Part shown: positions 14,722 through 27,309 of the stretch, one piece after another
Layout of the letters: each line of letters begins with the position of its first letter
Position numbering within the stretch: the stretch's first letter is position 1
NCBI RefSeq assembly: GCF_964213995.1
Contig: NC_135805.1
Location: forward strand, 145,824,001 to 145,888,000
Direction: 5' to 3'
DNA: 64,000 nucleotides
Origin: Mustelus asterias
Taxonomy: Eukaryota
Translations under genes and position numbers: made by a program
The notes under the pieces: model-generated
What the model was told of the DNA's origin: nothing
Database searches by the model: none
The model's input: the letters and a program-made list of their open reading frames with translations, nothing else

Positions 14722-15102
14722 GGGGACGAGGGGAGATCTTATTGAAACTTACAGGATACGGCAAGGCCTGGATAGAGTGGACGTGGAAGGATGTTTCCAC
14801 TAGTCGGAAAAACTAGAACCAGAGGGCACAACCTCAGGCTGAAGGGACGATCCTTGGATGAATTTCTTCAGCCAGAGGGTGGTGAATCTGTGGAACTCTT
14901 TGCCGCAGAAGGCTGTGGAGGCCAGATCATTGAGTGTCTTTAAGACAGAGATAGATAGGTTCTTGATTAATAAGGGGTTCATGGATTATGGGGAAAAGGC
15001 AGTAGAATGGGGATGAGAAAAATATCAGCCATGATTGAATGGTGGAGCAGACTCGATGGGCCGAGTGGCCTAATTCTGCTTCTATGTCTTATGGTCTTAT
15101 GG
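14722..15102 (+). mobile_element. CR1 LINE 3' end
   Basis: RGDLIETY...NFFSQRVVNLWNSLP and a (TCTTATGG)n tail; absent at the paralogous site near 52510. Confidence 0.9.
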
Positions 15103-16167
15103 GGTATAGTACTTATTTTTTTTTAAGTTAATTTTTATTTCAAGCATTGAGTTGGAATTTATTTGTTTAACATCTTAACATATCGAAATTTGTTTGATAT
15201 AATTTATAATATGGATTTGATGTATGTTATAGTAATAGACTAATCTCACTAACTGTATTTGAGTTGTGGAATAGTATTCATTTGAAACTATGAATAATAA
15301 AATGTGGATGTATCAATCAGGATTTGGGTGGGATTGTGGTCGGTACAGACTCAATGGGCTGAATGGCCTCCTTCTGTACTGTAGGATTCTATGATTCTAT
15401 GAACAGTGTCGGACTGAACAATTACATTCATTGTTACATTGGGCCTGATGATCTGGCTGTGTCTGTGTACTTTGTGAGTGACACTTTATCCACATTGTCT
15501 TGGAATTAGCTCAGCATTTTAGATTTTAAGTTCTGTCTTTTTAAATTGATACTATTATGTACCTAACTCAATTCAGAAGACATCAGGAGTATCCATTGCC
15601 CGGGTTTGTTCCCGCTTTTTTTGTATGTTTCAAACAATTACTGTTTTAATGATTATTTTTGTTTTGAAATCATTTATTAATTTCCTATTTATTAATTTAC
15701 CAGTACTTTTGTTGCAACAAAGTTTCAAGAAACTTTAATCCAAGAAACAAACATAATTTTACATTTACATTTACTTTGATGTTCTTATTTTACACTACAC
15801 TAAACACTCTGCATTTATAGAAATGCTTCATACCCTTGATCTTTAGAACTTTAAATTTGATGAATATAATGATTTGTGAACAGTTGAATCTGACAGTACC
15901 AATTTCCTGTTACTTCACTCCATGTTAAAATGTTTCCGAATGAATCTTTACCTTGTGCTCATTTTCGACCAGCAGATGGCAACAACAATCCACAATAAGT
16001 TGGATCTTGCCATCTGTGAACACAAACTGGAAAGCAGTGGGCCTGATTCTGCACTTGGAGCTGGTGCATACATGTGTGTCCAGTGGGGGTTGGTGTTTCT
16101 GCATCTCTTGTTTTCTAGTTTGGGAGAATGTCTTCTCTTCTACATTTTTTAATGAGGCCAAGTGAAT

Positions 16168-18980
16168 AAAATGCAATAAAGTTGATGAACTAATCACGCA
16201 GACAGATGTAAACGGGCACAATATAAGTGGGATTACGGAGACATGGCTGCAGGTGACCAGGGATGGGAATTGAATGTCCCAGGGTATTCAATATTTAGGA
16301 AGGACAGGCACAAAGGAAAAGGTGGTGGAGTGACACTGCTGGTTAAAGAGGAAATTAACACAACAGTGGGAAAGGATATTAGCTCTGACAACGCAGAGTC
16401 TGTATGGGTAGAGGTGAGAAATACCAAGGGGCAAAAAACATTAGTGTCATATATATAGACCCCCAAGCTGCAGTTGTGATGTTGGGAATGGATTAAACAT
16501 GAAAATAGAGATGCATGTGATCAGGGAATATCGGTGATCATGGGTGATTTAAATCTGCACACAGATTGGGCAAATCAAATTAGCCACAATGCCGTAGAGG
16601 AGGAATTCCTGGAGTGTATACGGGAAGGTTTTCTTGATATACCTGGAGGAACCAACTAGAGAGCAGGCCATCTTAGACTGGGTACTGTGTAATGAGAAGG
16701 GAATCATTGCCAATCTAGCTGTACGAGACACCTTGGGGATGAGCGACCATAACAGGAGAGAATCTTTTGTCAAGATGGAGAATGAAGTAGTTGATTCAGA
16801 GACCAGGATGCTGAATCTTAATAAAGAAAACTATGAGCATTTGAGGCACAAGTTGGCCGAGATAGATTGGGAGAGTCACTTAAAGGGATGACAGTGGATA
16901 AGCAATGGCAAACATTCAAGGAATGCACGGGGGAACTGGAGCAACTGTTTATTCCTCTCTGGCACAAAAGCAAAATGGGCAAGTGCGCCAATCCATGGTT
17001 CACAAAGGAAATTAGAGAGAGTATCTGATCCAAGGGAGAAGCATACAGATTGCCAAGAATAGTAATAGGTCTGAGGATTGGGAGCAGTTTAGAATTCAGC
17101 AAAGAAAGAGCAAGGGATTGATTAAGAAGGGGAAAATACGGTACAAAAGTAAGCTTGCAGGGAACATAAAGACTGACACTAAGAGTATCTATAGATACGT
17201 GAAGAGAAAGAGGTTGGTGAAGACAAGTGTAGGTCTCCTGCAGACACAAAAGGGGGAAAGTATAATAGGGGACAAAGAAATGGCTGAGCAACTGAATACA
17301 TACTTTGGTTCTGTCTTCACAAAAGAGGACAGAAATGTTGGAGAATGCAAGATTTACTGAGAGGGAAGAACTCAGGGAGATCAATATTAGTAGAGAAATA
17401 GTGCTGGGAAAATTGATGGGATTGAAGGCGGATAAATCCCCAGGGCTTTATAATCTACATCCCAGAGTACTTAAGGAAGTGGTTCTAGAAATAGTGGATG
17501 CATTGGTGGTCGTCTTCCAGGATTCTATAGACTGGGGAACAGTCCCTGAAAATTGGAGGGTAGCTAATATCATTCCAATATTCAAAAAGGGAGGTAGAGA
17601 GAAAACAGAATTATAGACCACTAAGCTTAACATCGGTGGTGTGGGAAAAAAATCTTGAATCCATTATCAAGGATTTTATAGCAGAGCATTTCGAAAACAT
17701 TGGCAGGATCAGACAGGGTCAGCATGGATTTATAAAGGGGAAATCATTCTTGACAAATCTATTGCAATTCTTTGAAGATGTAACTAGTAGAGTTGACAAA
17801 GGGGAACCAATCGATGTAGTATATTTGGACTTTAAGAAAGCCTTTGACAAAGTCCCACATAAGAGATTGTCGTGCAAGTTTAAAGTGCATGAGATTGGGG
17901 TAAGTGTATTAAGATGGATAGAAAACTGGTTGGCAGAGAGGAAACAAAGAGTAGGAATTAATGGATGCTTTTAAAATTGGCACAGTAACTAGTGGGGTGC
18001 CACAGGGATCGCTGCTGGGACCCCAGCTATTCACAATATATACCGGTGATTTCGACGAGGGAACAAAATGTAACATCTCAAAGTTTGCAGCTGATACCAA
18101 GTTGGTGGAGGGTGAACTGTGATGAGGATGCAGAGATCCTTCAGAATGATCTGGACAGGTTGGGTGAGTGGGCTAATCAAAGGCAGATGCAGCATAATTT
18201 GGATAAATGTGAGGTTATTCACTTTGGAAGCAAAAACAAGACGGCAGATTACAGATTACTACCTGAATGGCTGCAAATTGGGAGAGGGGAGTGTGCAGCG
18301 GGACCTAGGTATCCTTGTGCACCAGTGGATGTAGCAGGCAGTAAAGAAGGCAAATGGCATGTTGGCCTTCATTGTGAGAATTTTTGAGTACAGGAGCAGG
18401 GATGTGTTGTTGCAATTATACAGGGCCTTGGTGAGACCACACCTGGAGTATTGTGTGCAGTTTTGGTCTCCTTTTCTGAGGAAGGATATTCTTGCTACCA
18501 ATGGAGTGCAGTGAAGATTTACCAGGCTGATTCTGGGGATGGTGAGACTGATGTATGAGAGGTTGACTAGGTTAGGATTTATTTCACTGGAGTTCAGACG
18601 AATGAGAAGGGGATCTCATAGAGGCTTATAAAATTTGAACAGGACTAGACAGGATAGATGCAGGGAGGATGATCCCGATGGTGGGTGAGGCCAGACCAGG
18701 GGAGGATTCAGAGTAGTCCATTTAGGACTGAGGTGAGGAGACATTTCTTCACCCAAAGAGTGGTGAGCCTGTGCCATTCATTACCACAGGAAGTCATTGT
18801 GCCAAAACATTGAATGTATCCAAGAGGCGGCAAGATAAAGCACTGGGGTGAATGGGATCAAAGTTTATGTGGAGAAAGCAGGGTTAGGCTATTGAGTTGG
18901 ATGATCAGCCATGATCTTAATGAATGGTGGATCAGGCTCGAAGGGCCAAATGGCCTCCTCCTATCTTCTATGTTTCTATG
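16168..18980 (+). mobile_element. CR1 LINE, near-complete degenerate ORF2 (APE endonuclease and RT)
   Basis: GITETWL, MGDFNL, KSPGLYNLHPRVLKE, YLDFKKAFDKVPH; empty site in unit 2 at about 57000 (GCCAGGTGAATGTGGG). Confidence 0.95.
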
Positions 18981-19600
18981 AATGTGGGATCCCTCTGTGT
19001 CTGTCAATTTCCTTTACCTTACTATGGGTTTTGATCATTGTGTTTGTTTATGGGAACTTTACTCTGCATATTGTTAATTGCTGCAACAAAGTGCAACAAT
19101 TGGAGATATTTGGTATATGTGTCAATGACTGTGAGTTTTATACTGAACTTACCATTCTCTGTAACATGAATATGGCTGATATTCTGCAAATAATGTGGCT
19201 AATTAGGAGCTAGGTGCTTTAATTCATTCTATGTTTCTGAAATGTAAAATGTTTCTGACATCCATATGTGTGGGTTTCATTGATAATTTTTTTAACTCTG
19301 TGATATGTCACTGCAGTTGTAATTGCAAATGTAACTGTAATATTCCCTCTGTAAATGCCAGGGTCATCTATGTGTCCATGAATTTATCCTGTGTCCCTAT
19401 GTGGGTACTGCTTTTTCTTCATGTCTGTCATTTTCTGTTTTATTGTGAACCTCTGATATTTGAGTTCAATGTAAATTCTGTACCTTTCAATTTGCCATGT
19501 CCGCATTCACCTTTCTCACCAGTGCCTCCTAGTTGCCCTGCTTACTCAGCTCTCTACTTCACAGTCCACTGTGTTATAGTTATATATGTTATTCTGTACC

Positions 19601-19991
19601 TCTTGTTCTGAGGGAAGGAAGAGTGATTTTGCTTCATAGCTCTTGTCTTTGACCTTTTAACACTGCATGTGATGGTTTTTGCAATGCCTGACTTTCCTAA
19701 AATACGTACATGTCAAAGCTTGTTTGGCAGAAGCAAATGCCTTTGTTTGTCTATAACATTATGATTTGCATTTGTCAGAACACTACATTTGGCGTAGCAC
19801 TTTATAAATTTGAATGGGAATTCTGAACTGCCATGGAAATTTTCAGTTGTGTGAAAGTGATTCCTTTCTGCATTCTAACATCTAACGTATTTTAGGAAAG
19901 TCAGGCATTGCAAAAACCATCACATGCAGTGTTAAAAGGTCAAAGACAAGAGCTATGAAGCAAAATCACTCTTCCTTCCCTCAGAACAAGA
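19601..19991. repeat. Perfect 107-bp inverted repeat (19601-19707 / 19885-19991)
   Basis: Base-by-base reverse-complement match. Confidence 0.92.
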
Positions 19992-20024
19992 TGTGCAAAT
20001 GAGATGTTTGCACATTTCCTGTCA

Positions 20025-23000
20025 GGGGTTTACATTTCTGGATCACTGGGACTGTTTTTGGGGAAGGTGGGACCGGTAAAAGATCTACATCTGAATCAGA
20101 GCAGGACTAACATCCTTGTTGGTGGGTTTGAATGTGCTGTTGGGAAGAGTTTAAACTAGTTTGGCAGGGGGAGGGGACCCAGACTGTGAGCAAAGTAGGG
20201 ACACAGTATAACATTAAAAAGCAATCAGGTCAGAAGGAATACAGCGGTAGTAAGTTTCAAGGGAGTAAAACAAGGCTGGAGGGCCTCTACTTTAAAGCCA
20301 GGAGTATTAAAGGTAAAACGGATGAGTTAAGGGTGAGGATTGACACATGTAATTATGATATAATAGCCATCACAGAAACGTGGTTGAGTGAGGGGCAGAA
20401 TTGGCAGCTCAATGTCCCAGCATATAGAATCTTCAAGCAAGACAGAGGAGGAGGTAAAAGAGGAGGAGGCATTGTACTGTTAGTTAAGGAGGCAGTTACT
20501 GCAGTAAGAAGAGATGATATCTTGGAGGGCGCATCAAATGAGGATTTGTGGGTAGAGCTTAGAAATGAAAAAAGGACAGCTACATTGTTAGGTGTTTATT
20601 ATAGACCCCCAGATAGTCAGTGGGAAATTGAAGAGAAAATGTGTGCGCAATTCGCAGAGGGATGTAAAAATATTAAGAGGGTAATCATAGTAGGTGATTT
20701 CAACTTTCCCAACATTAATTGGGATAGCCATCATGTTAAAGGCTTAGATGGAATAAAGTTCTTAATCTATACAGGGAAATTTCTTAGGTCAATAAGTAGA
20801 GAATCTGACAAGGGGAGGAGCTGTGCTGGACCTAATTCTGGGGAATGAAGCCAGACAGGCGGTTGATGTGTTGATGGGGTAGCATTTTGGTGACAGTGAC
20901 CACAACATGGTTCAACTTAAATTTGTTATGGGCAAAGAAATTGACAACTTGCAGAAAAAAGTTTTGGATTGGGGGAAGAGTAGATTTTAACAAAATTAGG
21001 CAGGATCTGGACAAGGTAGACTGGAACAAGTTACTTGTGGGGAAATCTACAGAAGGGATGTGGGGATGGGGTGTTTGAAGATGAAATGGGGAGGGTACAG
21101 GCTCAACATGTACCCCCTAGGGTAATAGGAAGGTGTAACAAACCCAGAGAACCATGGATGACCAGAGACATTCAGAATACAATCAGAAGGAGAAGAGAAG
21201 CTTTTAACAAGTCTAAGGGGAGTAAGTCTGCGGAGGCATTAGTGGAGTACAGAAAGTGCAGGATGGAGCTTAAGAAATGAATTAGGAGAACAAAGAGGGG
21301 AATAGAGAGAGCTCTGGCTGGTAAAAGTAGGGAAAATCCTAAGATATTCGATAAGAATATCAATGGGAAGCGGATAACCAGGGCAAGAGTAAGGCCTATT
21401 AGGGACCAAGGGGGAAATCTGTAGGTGGAGGCAGAGGACATTGGTCAAGTGTTAAATGAATATTTTGCATCTGTCTTCATACATGAGAGTGAGGAGGTAG
21501 TTATGGAACTCAGGGAGAGAGACTGTGAGGCTCTAGAGAAAATTATCATAGGGAGGGACCAGGGTATTGGAGGTATTGGCAGGCTTAAAAGCGGACAAAT
21601 CTCTTGGTCCGGATGAATTGCGTCCAAGGCTGTTGTGGGAGACAAGGAGGAAATTGCAGGGGCTCTGATCTAAATTTTTAATTCCTCCCATGACCTCCAG
21701 AAAACTGGAGAACAGCTAATGTGGTCCCACTATTTAAGAAAGGTTGTAGAGACAAGCCAAGGAATTACAGACCAGTGAGTCTCACATCTATGGTTGGGAA
21801 ACTACTGGGGAAGATTCTGAAGAAGAGAATCTATCTCCATTTGGAGAGGCAAGGTTTGTTCAGGGATATTCAGCATAGTTTTGTCAGAGGAAGGTCATGC
21901 CTAACAAATTTGATTGAGTTTTTTGAGCATTAACCAAGTGTGTGGATGAGGGTGGTACGGTTGATATAATTTACATGGATTTCAGCAAGCCCTTTGACAA
22001 AGTCCCACATGGCAGACTTAGTAAGAAGACCAATGCACATGGGATGCAGAGTGATCTGACAAGGTGGATACATAATTGGCTTCACGGTAGGAGACCGAGG
22101 GTGGTGACAGACGGCTGCTTTAGTGATTGGTTGTCATGATGTGGAGATGCCGGCGTTGGACTGGGGTAAACACAGTAAGAAGTTTAGCAACACCAGGTTA
22201 AAGTCCAACAGGTTTATTTGGTAGCAAAAGCCACACAAGCTTTCGGAGCTGCAAGCCCCTTCTTCAGGTTCACCTGAAGAAGGGGCTTGCAGCTCCGAAA
22301 GCTTGTGTGGCTTTTGCTACCAAATAAACCTGTTGGACTTTAACCTGGTGTTGTTAAACTTTTTAGTGATTGGTTGCCAGTGACCAGTGGTGTACCAAGA
22401 GATTTGTGCTGGACCCCTTTTGTTCATCATTTATATAAATGACATAGATGACTATGTGGGGGGTAGAATCAGTAAGTTTGCCGATGACACAAAAATTGGC
22501 CGAGTGGTTAACAGTGAGATTGAGTTTCTTGGGTTACAAGAAGATATAGATGAGATGGTCAAATAGGGGAATAAATGGCAGATGGAATTTAACCCTGAAA
22601 AGTGAGAGGTGATACACTTTGGAAGGAGTAATTTGACAAGGAACTATACTATGAAAGGTCTGATACTGGAAAGTTCCGAAGAACAAAGGGACCTTGGCGT
22701 GTTTGCCATAGATCTCTGAAGGCAGAAAGGCAGATAAATAAGGTGGCGAAAAAGGCATATGGCACACTCGCCTTTATCAATCGGGGTAGAGATCACAAAA
22801 GCAGAGAGGTCGTGATGGAGCTATATAGAACTTTGGTAAGACCACAGCTGGAGTACTGTGTGCAGTTCTGGTCGCCACATGTCGGAAGGACATGAATGCA
22901 CTGGAGGGGGTGCAGAAGAGATTCACCAGGATGCTGCCTGAGTTGGAACATTTAAGTTATGAAGAGTGGTTGGATAGACTTGGGTTGTTTTTGTTGGAGC

Positions 23001-23375
23001 AGGGAAGACTGAGGGAGACCTGATTGAGGTGTTCAAGACTACTAGGGGCATGGACAGGGTGGATAGGGAGCAGATGTTCCCCTTAGTTGAAGGGCCAGTT
23101 ATGAGGGACACAAGTTAAAAGTGAGGGGTGGGAGGTTTAGGGAGGATTTAAAGAAAAATATTTTTACTCAGTGGGTGGTGATGGTCTGGAATGCGCTGCC
23201 TGGGAGGGTGGCGGAGGCGGGTTGCCTCACATCCTTTAAAAAGTACCTGGCATGCCATAACATTCAAGGCTATGGGCCAAGTGGGACTAGGTGGGCAGGT
23301 CAGAGCATTTCATGCATCGGTACAGTCTCCATGGTCCAAAGAGCCTCTTCTGCACTGTGGTATTCTGTGATTCTG
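20025..23375 (+). mobile_element. CR1 LINE (ORF1 end and degenerate ORF2)
   Basis: IAITETWL, VYYRPP, VGDFNFP, MDFSKPFDKVPH, KFADDTK, ATTCTGTG tail. Confidence 0.95.
22136..22361. mobile_element. 226-bp palindromic PLE mini-element with two head-to-head hammerhead motifs, nested in CR1
   Basis: 90-bp arms (22180-22269 / 22272-22361) with one mismatch; TSD TTTAGTGATTGGTTG at 22119-22133 and 22362-22376. Confidence 0.92.
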
Positions 23376-24194
23376 ATCATTGAGGGCTGGTGTTTCATTG
23401 TCCCTGAGCATTTCTGGTTTTGATTATCTGTTTTGCTTGGAAACAGAGCCTTGTTTGTACACAAGCTTTGTTTCTTTTTCCTTTCTCTCTCCCTCTCTCT
23501 GTCAGTTTCTGGCACGTGGATGTGAGAATTATCCTGCATCTGTCAATAACTGACATGTGGATTTGATTTTAGTCAGCATGTCAGTTTTAGTTGTGCATGT
23601 AGCTTGTGAATATCAATAAATCACTGGCTTTCACAGGGTTGGAAGTGGGGGCATGTTTTTACATCCTTTAATATAATTTATATGCGTGTCAAGTTAACTC
23701 TGTATCTAATAGTAAATGCAAGATGATTTCTGTGTCCTGGTGCACACATGTGTGTGGCTTGTGCTTGTGAATGAATGTGCTCCATTAACATCTGTGAATT
23801 ATTATTGGTGCATTATTTGACTTCAAGTCAGTATTCAACCTGTGAATGTTCATGTCTCACACTATTCATCAATTTATTTCATGATGGTGTGGCTTTATTC
23901 TGTACCTATGACATTTTGAATCAAATATTGCTGTTTAACTTTTCACACAAGAGTCTTGGAGTAAGAATGGAACTGTCAGCTTATAGTATGGAAGTGTGAT
24001 GTTCCCCATTTTAATTTGCACTAGAAAGTTTTAAATACGTCTTTTTTTTACTGCAGCCATTAATATCTGCACTCTCTCTAATATGTGTGTGTGGATTTTA
24101 CATTGCAACTGTTCACTTTATATGGGAACCCAGGTTTATTTTCCATCAGATTATCTCTCCTATGTGACTGATGTTATTTTATTCTCTGTACATG

Positions 24195-24330
24195 TCCATA
24201 AGACATAGAAGCAGAATTACGCCACTCGGTCCATCGAGTCTCCACCACCATTCAATCATGGCTGATATTTTTTCTCATCCCCATTCTCCTAACTTTCCCC
24301 CATTCCCCCTGATCCCCTTATTAATCAAGA
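24195..24330 (-). mobile_element. CR1 3'-tail fragment
   Basis: Reverse complement of the tail seen at 14960-15100. Confidence 0.75.
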
Positions 24331-25014
24331 ACCAGTTGAGCAAGTTCCAGTATAACATTTTTTATTTGCTATGATCTGATATTATGACCATCAGTGAGAA
24401 TAGTGATCTGGCACATGGTATATTGCTGAAGATGAAACAATATCAAAATAAAGATAAAGTTTGAGATCCTTGTCGAGGAATTTAATGTGTAGTTTTATGA
24501 GATGCCTGGGTACAATGCTCGGATTAATTCTGTGCATTTCGGATTAATTCTGTGCATTTCAGTCATCTGCAGCATCGGATATTTCATTGGCAGCTGAAGG
24601 TCTACACTTGTGAGATGATAGGTCCACCTTTCAATGTGATTTGAGGAAAGGTTGTTTCACCCGGATGGTGCTGGAAGTTAGGAATGCACTGCCTTGGAGG
24701 GTAATAGAGATGGGAAAAACTCAACTTTTAAAATGTACATGGATGAACATTTGAATGTCATAACAGTCAATGTTATGGCAAAGGGTTAGAAAGAGGGATT
24801 ACTGTAGATTTAATTTTGTTGGTCCAGAGTCAATGGGACAAAAGGCCACTTCTGTACACTCTGACTCTGCGATAATGCTTGGGACATTGGACATTGAGAG
24901 ACTCACCTGCACTCAGTGAATGAATTGGGGTTTTTTTTTCCACCTGTCCTTTAATGTATGATTGTTGGATTGAACATGTTTACCTAGAACTTGAGATCCA
25001 GGTGCACCAGTGAT

Positions 25015-25207
25015 CTGGGTGCTCCATTTTCCTCCCACAGTCCAACGATGTGCAGTTAGGTGGATTGGCCATGCTAAATTTTCCCTTAGTGTCAGGGGAC
25101 CATCTAGGGTAAATGCATGGGGTTATGGGGATCGGGCCTGGATGGGATTGTGGGTGGTGCAGACTCGATGGGCCGAATGGCATCCTTCTGCACTGTAGAG
25201 TTCGATT
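25015..25207 (+). mobile_element. Truncated HE1-like SINE
   Basis: CCTCCCACAGTCC...GGCCATGCTAAATT...GGGCCGAATGG. Confidence 0.75.
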
Positions 25208-26174
25208 CAATAAAACTCTGACTCTTTATTCTCTGTGAAGGTGGAACTGATGTTCTGTCTGTGTCCCTGCACTCTAGAATTAATATTGTACCTACTGGCA
25301 GTTAGAAGGCGACAGGAGAACTTATTCTGTGATGAATCCACACCTGGAATTGATTTCTTCATATGTTCACCTCGAGGAAGAAAAGAGATATCTTGTAAGT
25401 TAAGCTCAGACGATGTCAATGAGTCAAAGACATTTTTCAATTGGTAATCAGTTAGAAAAACATGGTCCAGAGATCATAACTAACAATAAAAAAGGTTTCT
25501 CATTTCACTACCACACACAGCCTTTATCCATCCGCTATTTTTGGTGCTTTGATATCACTTGACAACATTTAGAATCTATCCACACCAGTACCGCTCAGAG
25601 GATGTCACTGCCCGGGGGTACAGTGAGATTTCCTCAGATCTGATTACAATTTCACATTTCACTTACCATTTACTGAAACCAACAGCCGCTGCTAACACGT
25701 TTCTTTCTCGTTTCTCAGCAGGATGAGCTGGTGCCTCCGATCAGTGTCAGTTACAGGATTGTTCCCATCCTCACTGTCCCGCCTGTTTCCACCATTCACT
25801 GGGCAGTGCCAACAAAAAAACTGAACCGGGATTATACATCACAGGTTTGAGCAGAGAAAAACCCGATCATTTTCACTAGCAGCTTATTCACCTTCTGGCT
25901 CCCTCAGCAGTGTCTCACACAGTCCCAGGGACGCCTCTCCCTTCCCCCCGGCTCACTCCAATCCCGGAACAGGTTCCTGCTCCGCTCTGCCTCTTACAAA
26001 CAGCTCCCGAATCTCCCTGAACTTCCCCCGAGTCAGTGAGGATCTCTGAGCTCCTCTGTGTCCACACTCACCAATGGATGTGCTGCTGGGATGTGAACGC
26101 TGCTTCCTCGCTGACCTGGGCGCTGACATTTCCATTTCAGTCAGTTTCAAGCAAATGTTCGCCACATCACAAAT

Positions 26175-26260
26175 GGGCGGGGCCAGGGGAGGACAGCGCG
26201 CATGCGTTCTTCTAGTCCCAACCAACCAGGGCCGCGAACAGCGCAGCATCGCGCATGCGC
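26175..26260 (-). promoter_or_regulatory. CpG-rich promoter-like element: GC box and two NRF1-type sites
   Basis: GGGCGGGG at 26175, GCGCATGCG at 26198 and GCGCATGCGC at 26251; all retained at 61485-61559. Confidence 0.6.
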
Positions 26261-26349
26261 CTCTCTCCACAGTCATTCAGAGAACAAATGCAATTTGCTG
26301 AGTTATAATAAAGGCGAAAATACAGCGAATGCTGCAATCGGAAACCACA

Positions 26350-26515
26350 ACAGAAAATGCTGCAAAATCTCAGCAGGTCTGACAGCATCTGTGGAGAGGG
26401 AATAGAGCCAATGTTTCGAGTTAGGAAGAGGAAGGCTCCAAACATTCGCTCTTTTCTCTCTCCACAGATGCTGTCAAACCTGCTGAGATTTTCCAGCATT
26501 TTCTGTTTCTATTCC
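26350..26515. mobile_element. Older palindromic element, probably the terminus of a second PLE family
   Basis: ACAGAAAATGCTG..AAATCTCAGCAGGT.TGACAGCATCTGTGGAGAG arms inverted around a degenerate centre; also present at about 61650-62320, where later insertions split it. Confidence 0.6.
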
Positions 26516-27034
26516 AATTTGCACGGTTCCCCCCGTTTGACGTACTCTCAGTTTGAGCAAAGGAAGCTGGACTGTGGGGGACAGGCACAGAACGGTTCAA
26601 GCTGCTGGATAATCCCTGTCTGAAGTTCAAACTGAGATCATCCCTTGCAGTGCCTTTGCTGTTCATCAGCACATCGTCGCCAATACATCCTCACCCCAAA
26701 TCGGTGTGTTTGCTGTGATATCGCAGGAGTTAATATCTGAATAGAACAATCCCAGATTAATGTAATCAGATTGTTAATGTTGGTCACTGGGCACTGATCG
26801 AGCAATTTGATCAAAATATTCCAGATCATTCCAGAGGATATTGACCATACATTTCAGACATTATTGATCTGATCCTCTGACACATTGCAGGAGATTGGGA
26901 TTAATCCTGTGTCTGCCTCAGGTACAGGATCGGTGAGAGTTGAGTCACAACTTCTCAAACTGCTTGGAAGAGCCCAGGGTGACGTGACCCTGTTCAGACC
27001 AGACTTATTGTTCAATAGTAAATTTCTCAACTCG

Positions 27035-27285
27035 CCTAGGAGAGGAGTTGTTTGGGAATGGAATGGGAGCTGGGATTGAAATGGAAGCACACTGTTCGAC
27101 TCACTGTAGAAAGGATTGCATTGAGACGGGAATATTACTGACATGTCTGGATTGAATAGATCCGGGTTTCTAACCAGCTTGTATATGATATTCCAGTTTG
27201 TACATTTGTTCTGCGCGCTCTTTTCATTTCTGTTTAGAATTTGATTCTAAAATTTCATAGCAGGCAGAAGGAGGAGCTGGTTGAC
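27035..27285 (+). pseudogene. Orphan H4 upstream region with no H4 gene
   Basis: Colinear with 37604-37852 and 62625-62812 (GGATTGAATAGA...TTGTATCTGATATTCCAGTTT...GGAGGAGCTGG), then cut off by a CR1. Confidence 0.7.
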
Positions 27286-27309
27286 CGCATTGGCGGGGTC
27301 AACCATAAC

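Noticed and set aside
22136-22361. DNA-transposon MITE with terminal inverted repeats
   Set aside because: Arms are PLE pLTR sequence, the tail is one-sided and TSD lengths vary (9-16 bp) across the family, unlike cut-and-paste elements
24521-24560. 20-bp tandem duplication GGATTAATTCTGTGCATTTC x2
   Set aside because: Ordinary slippage duplication
25953-26276. ORF MEMSAPRSARKQ... shared with 60733-60999
   Set aside because: Runs through a splice donor, has no recognisable domain, and its identity is explained by nucleotide-level homogenisation
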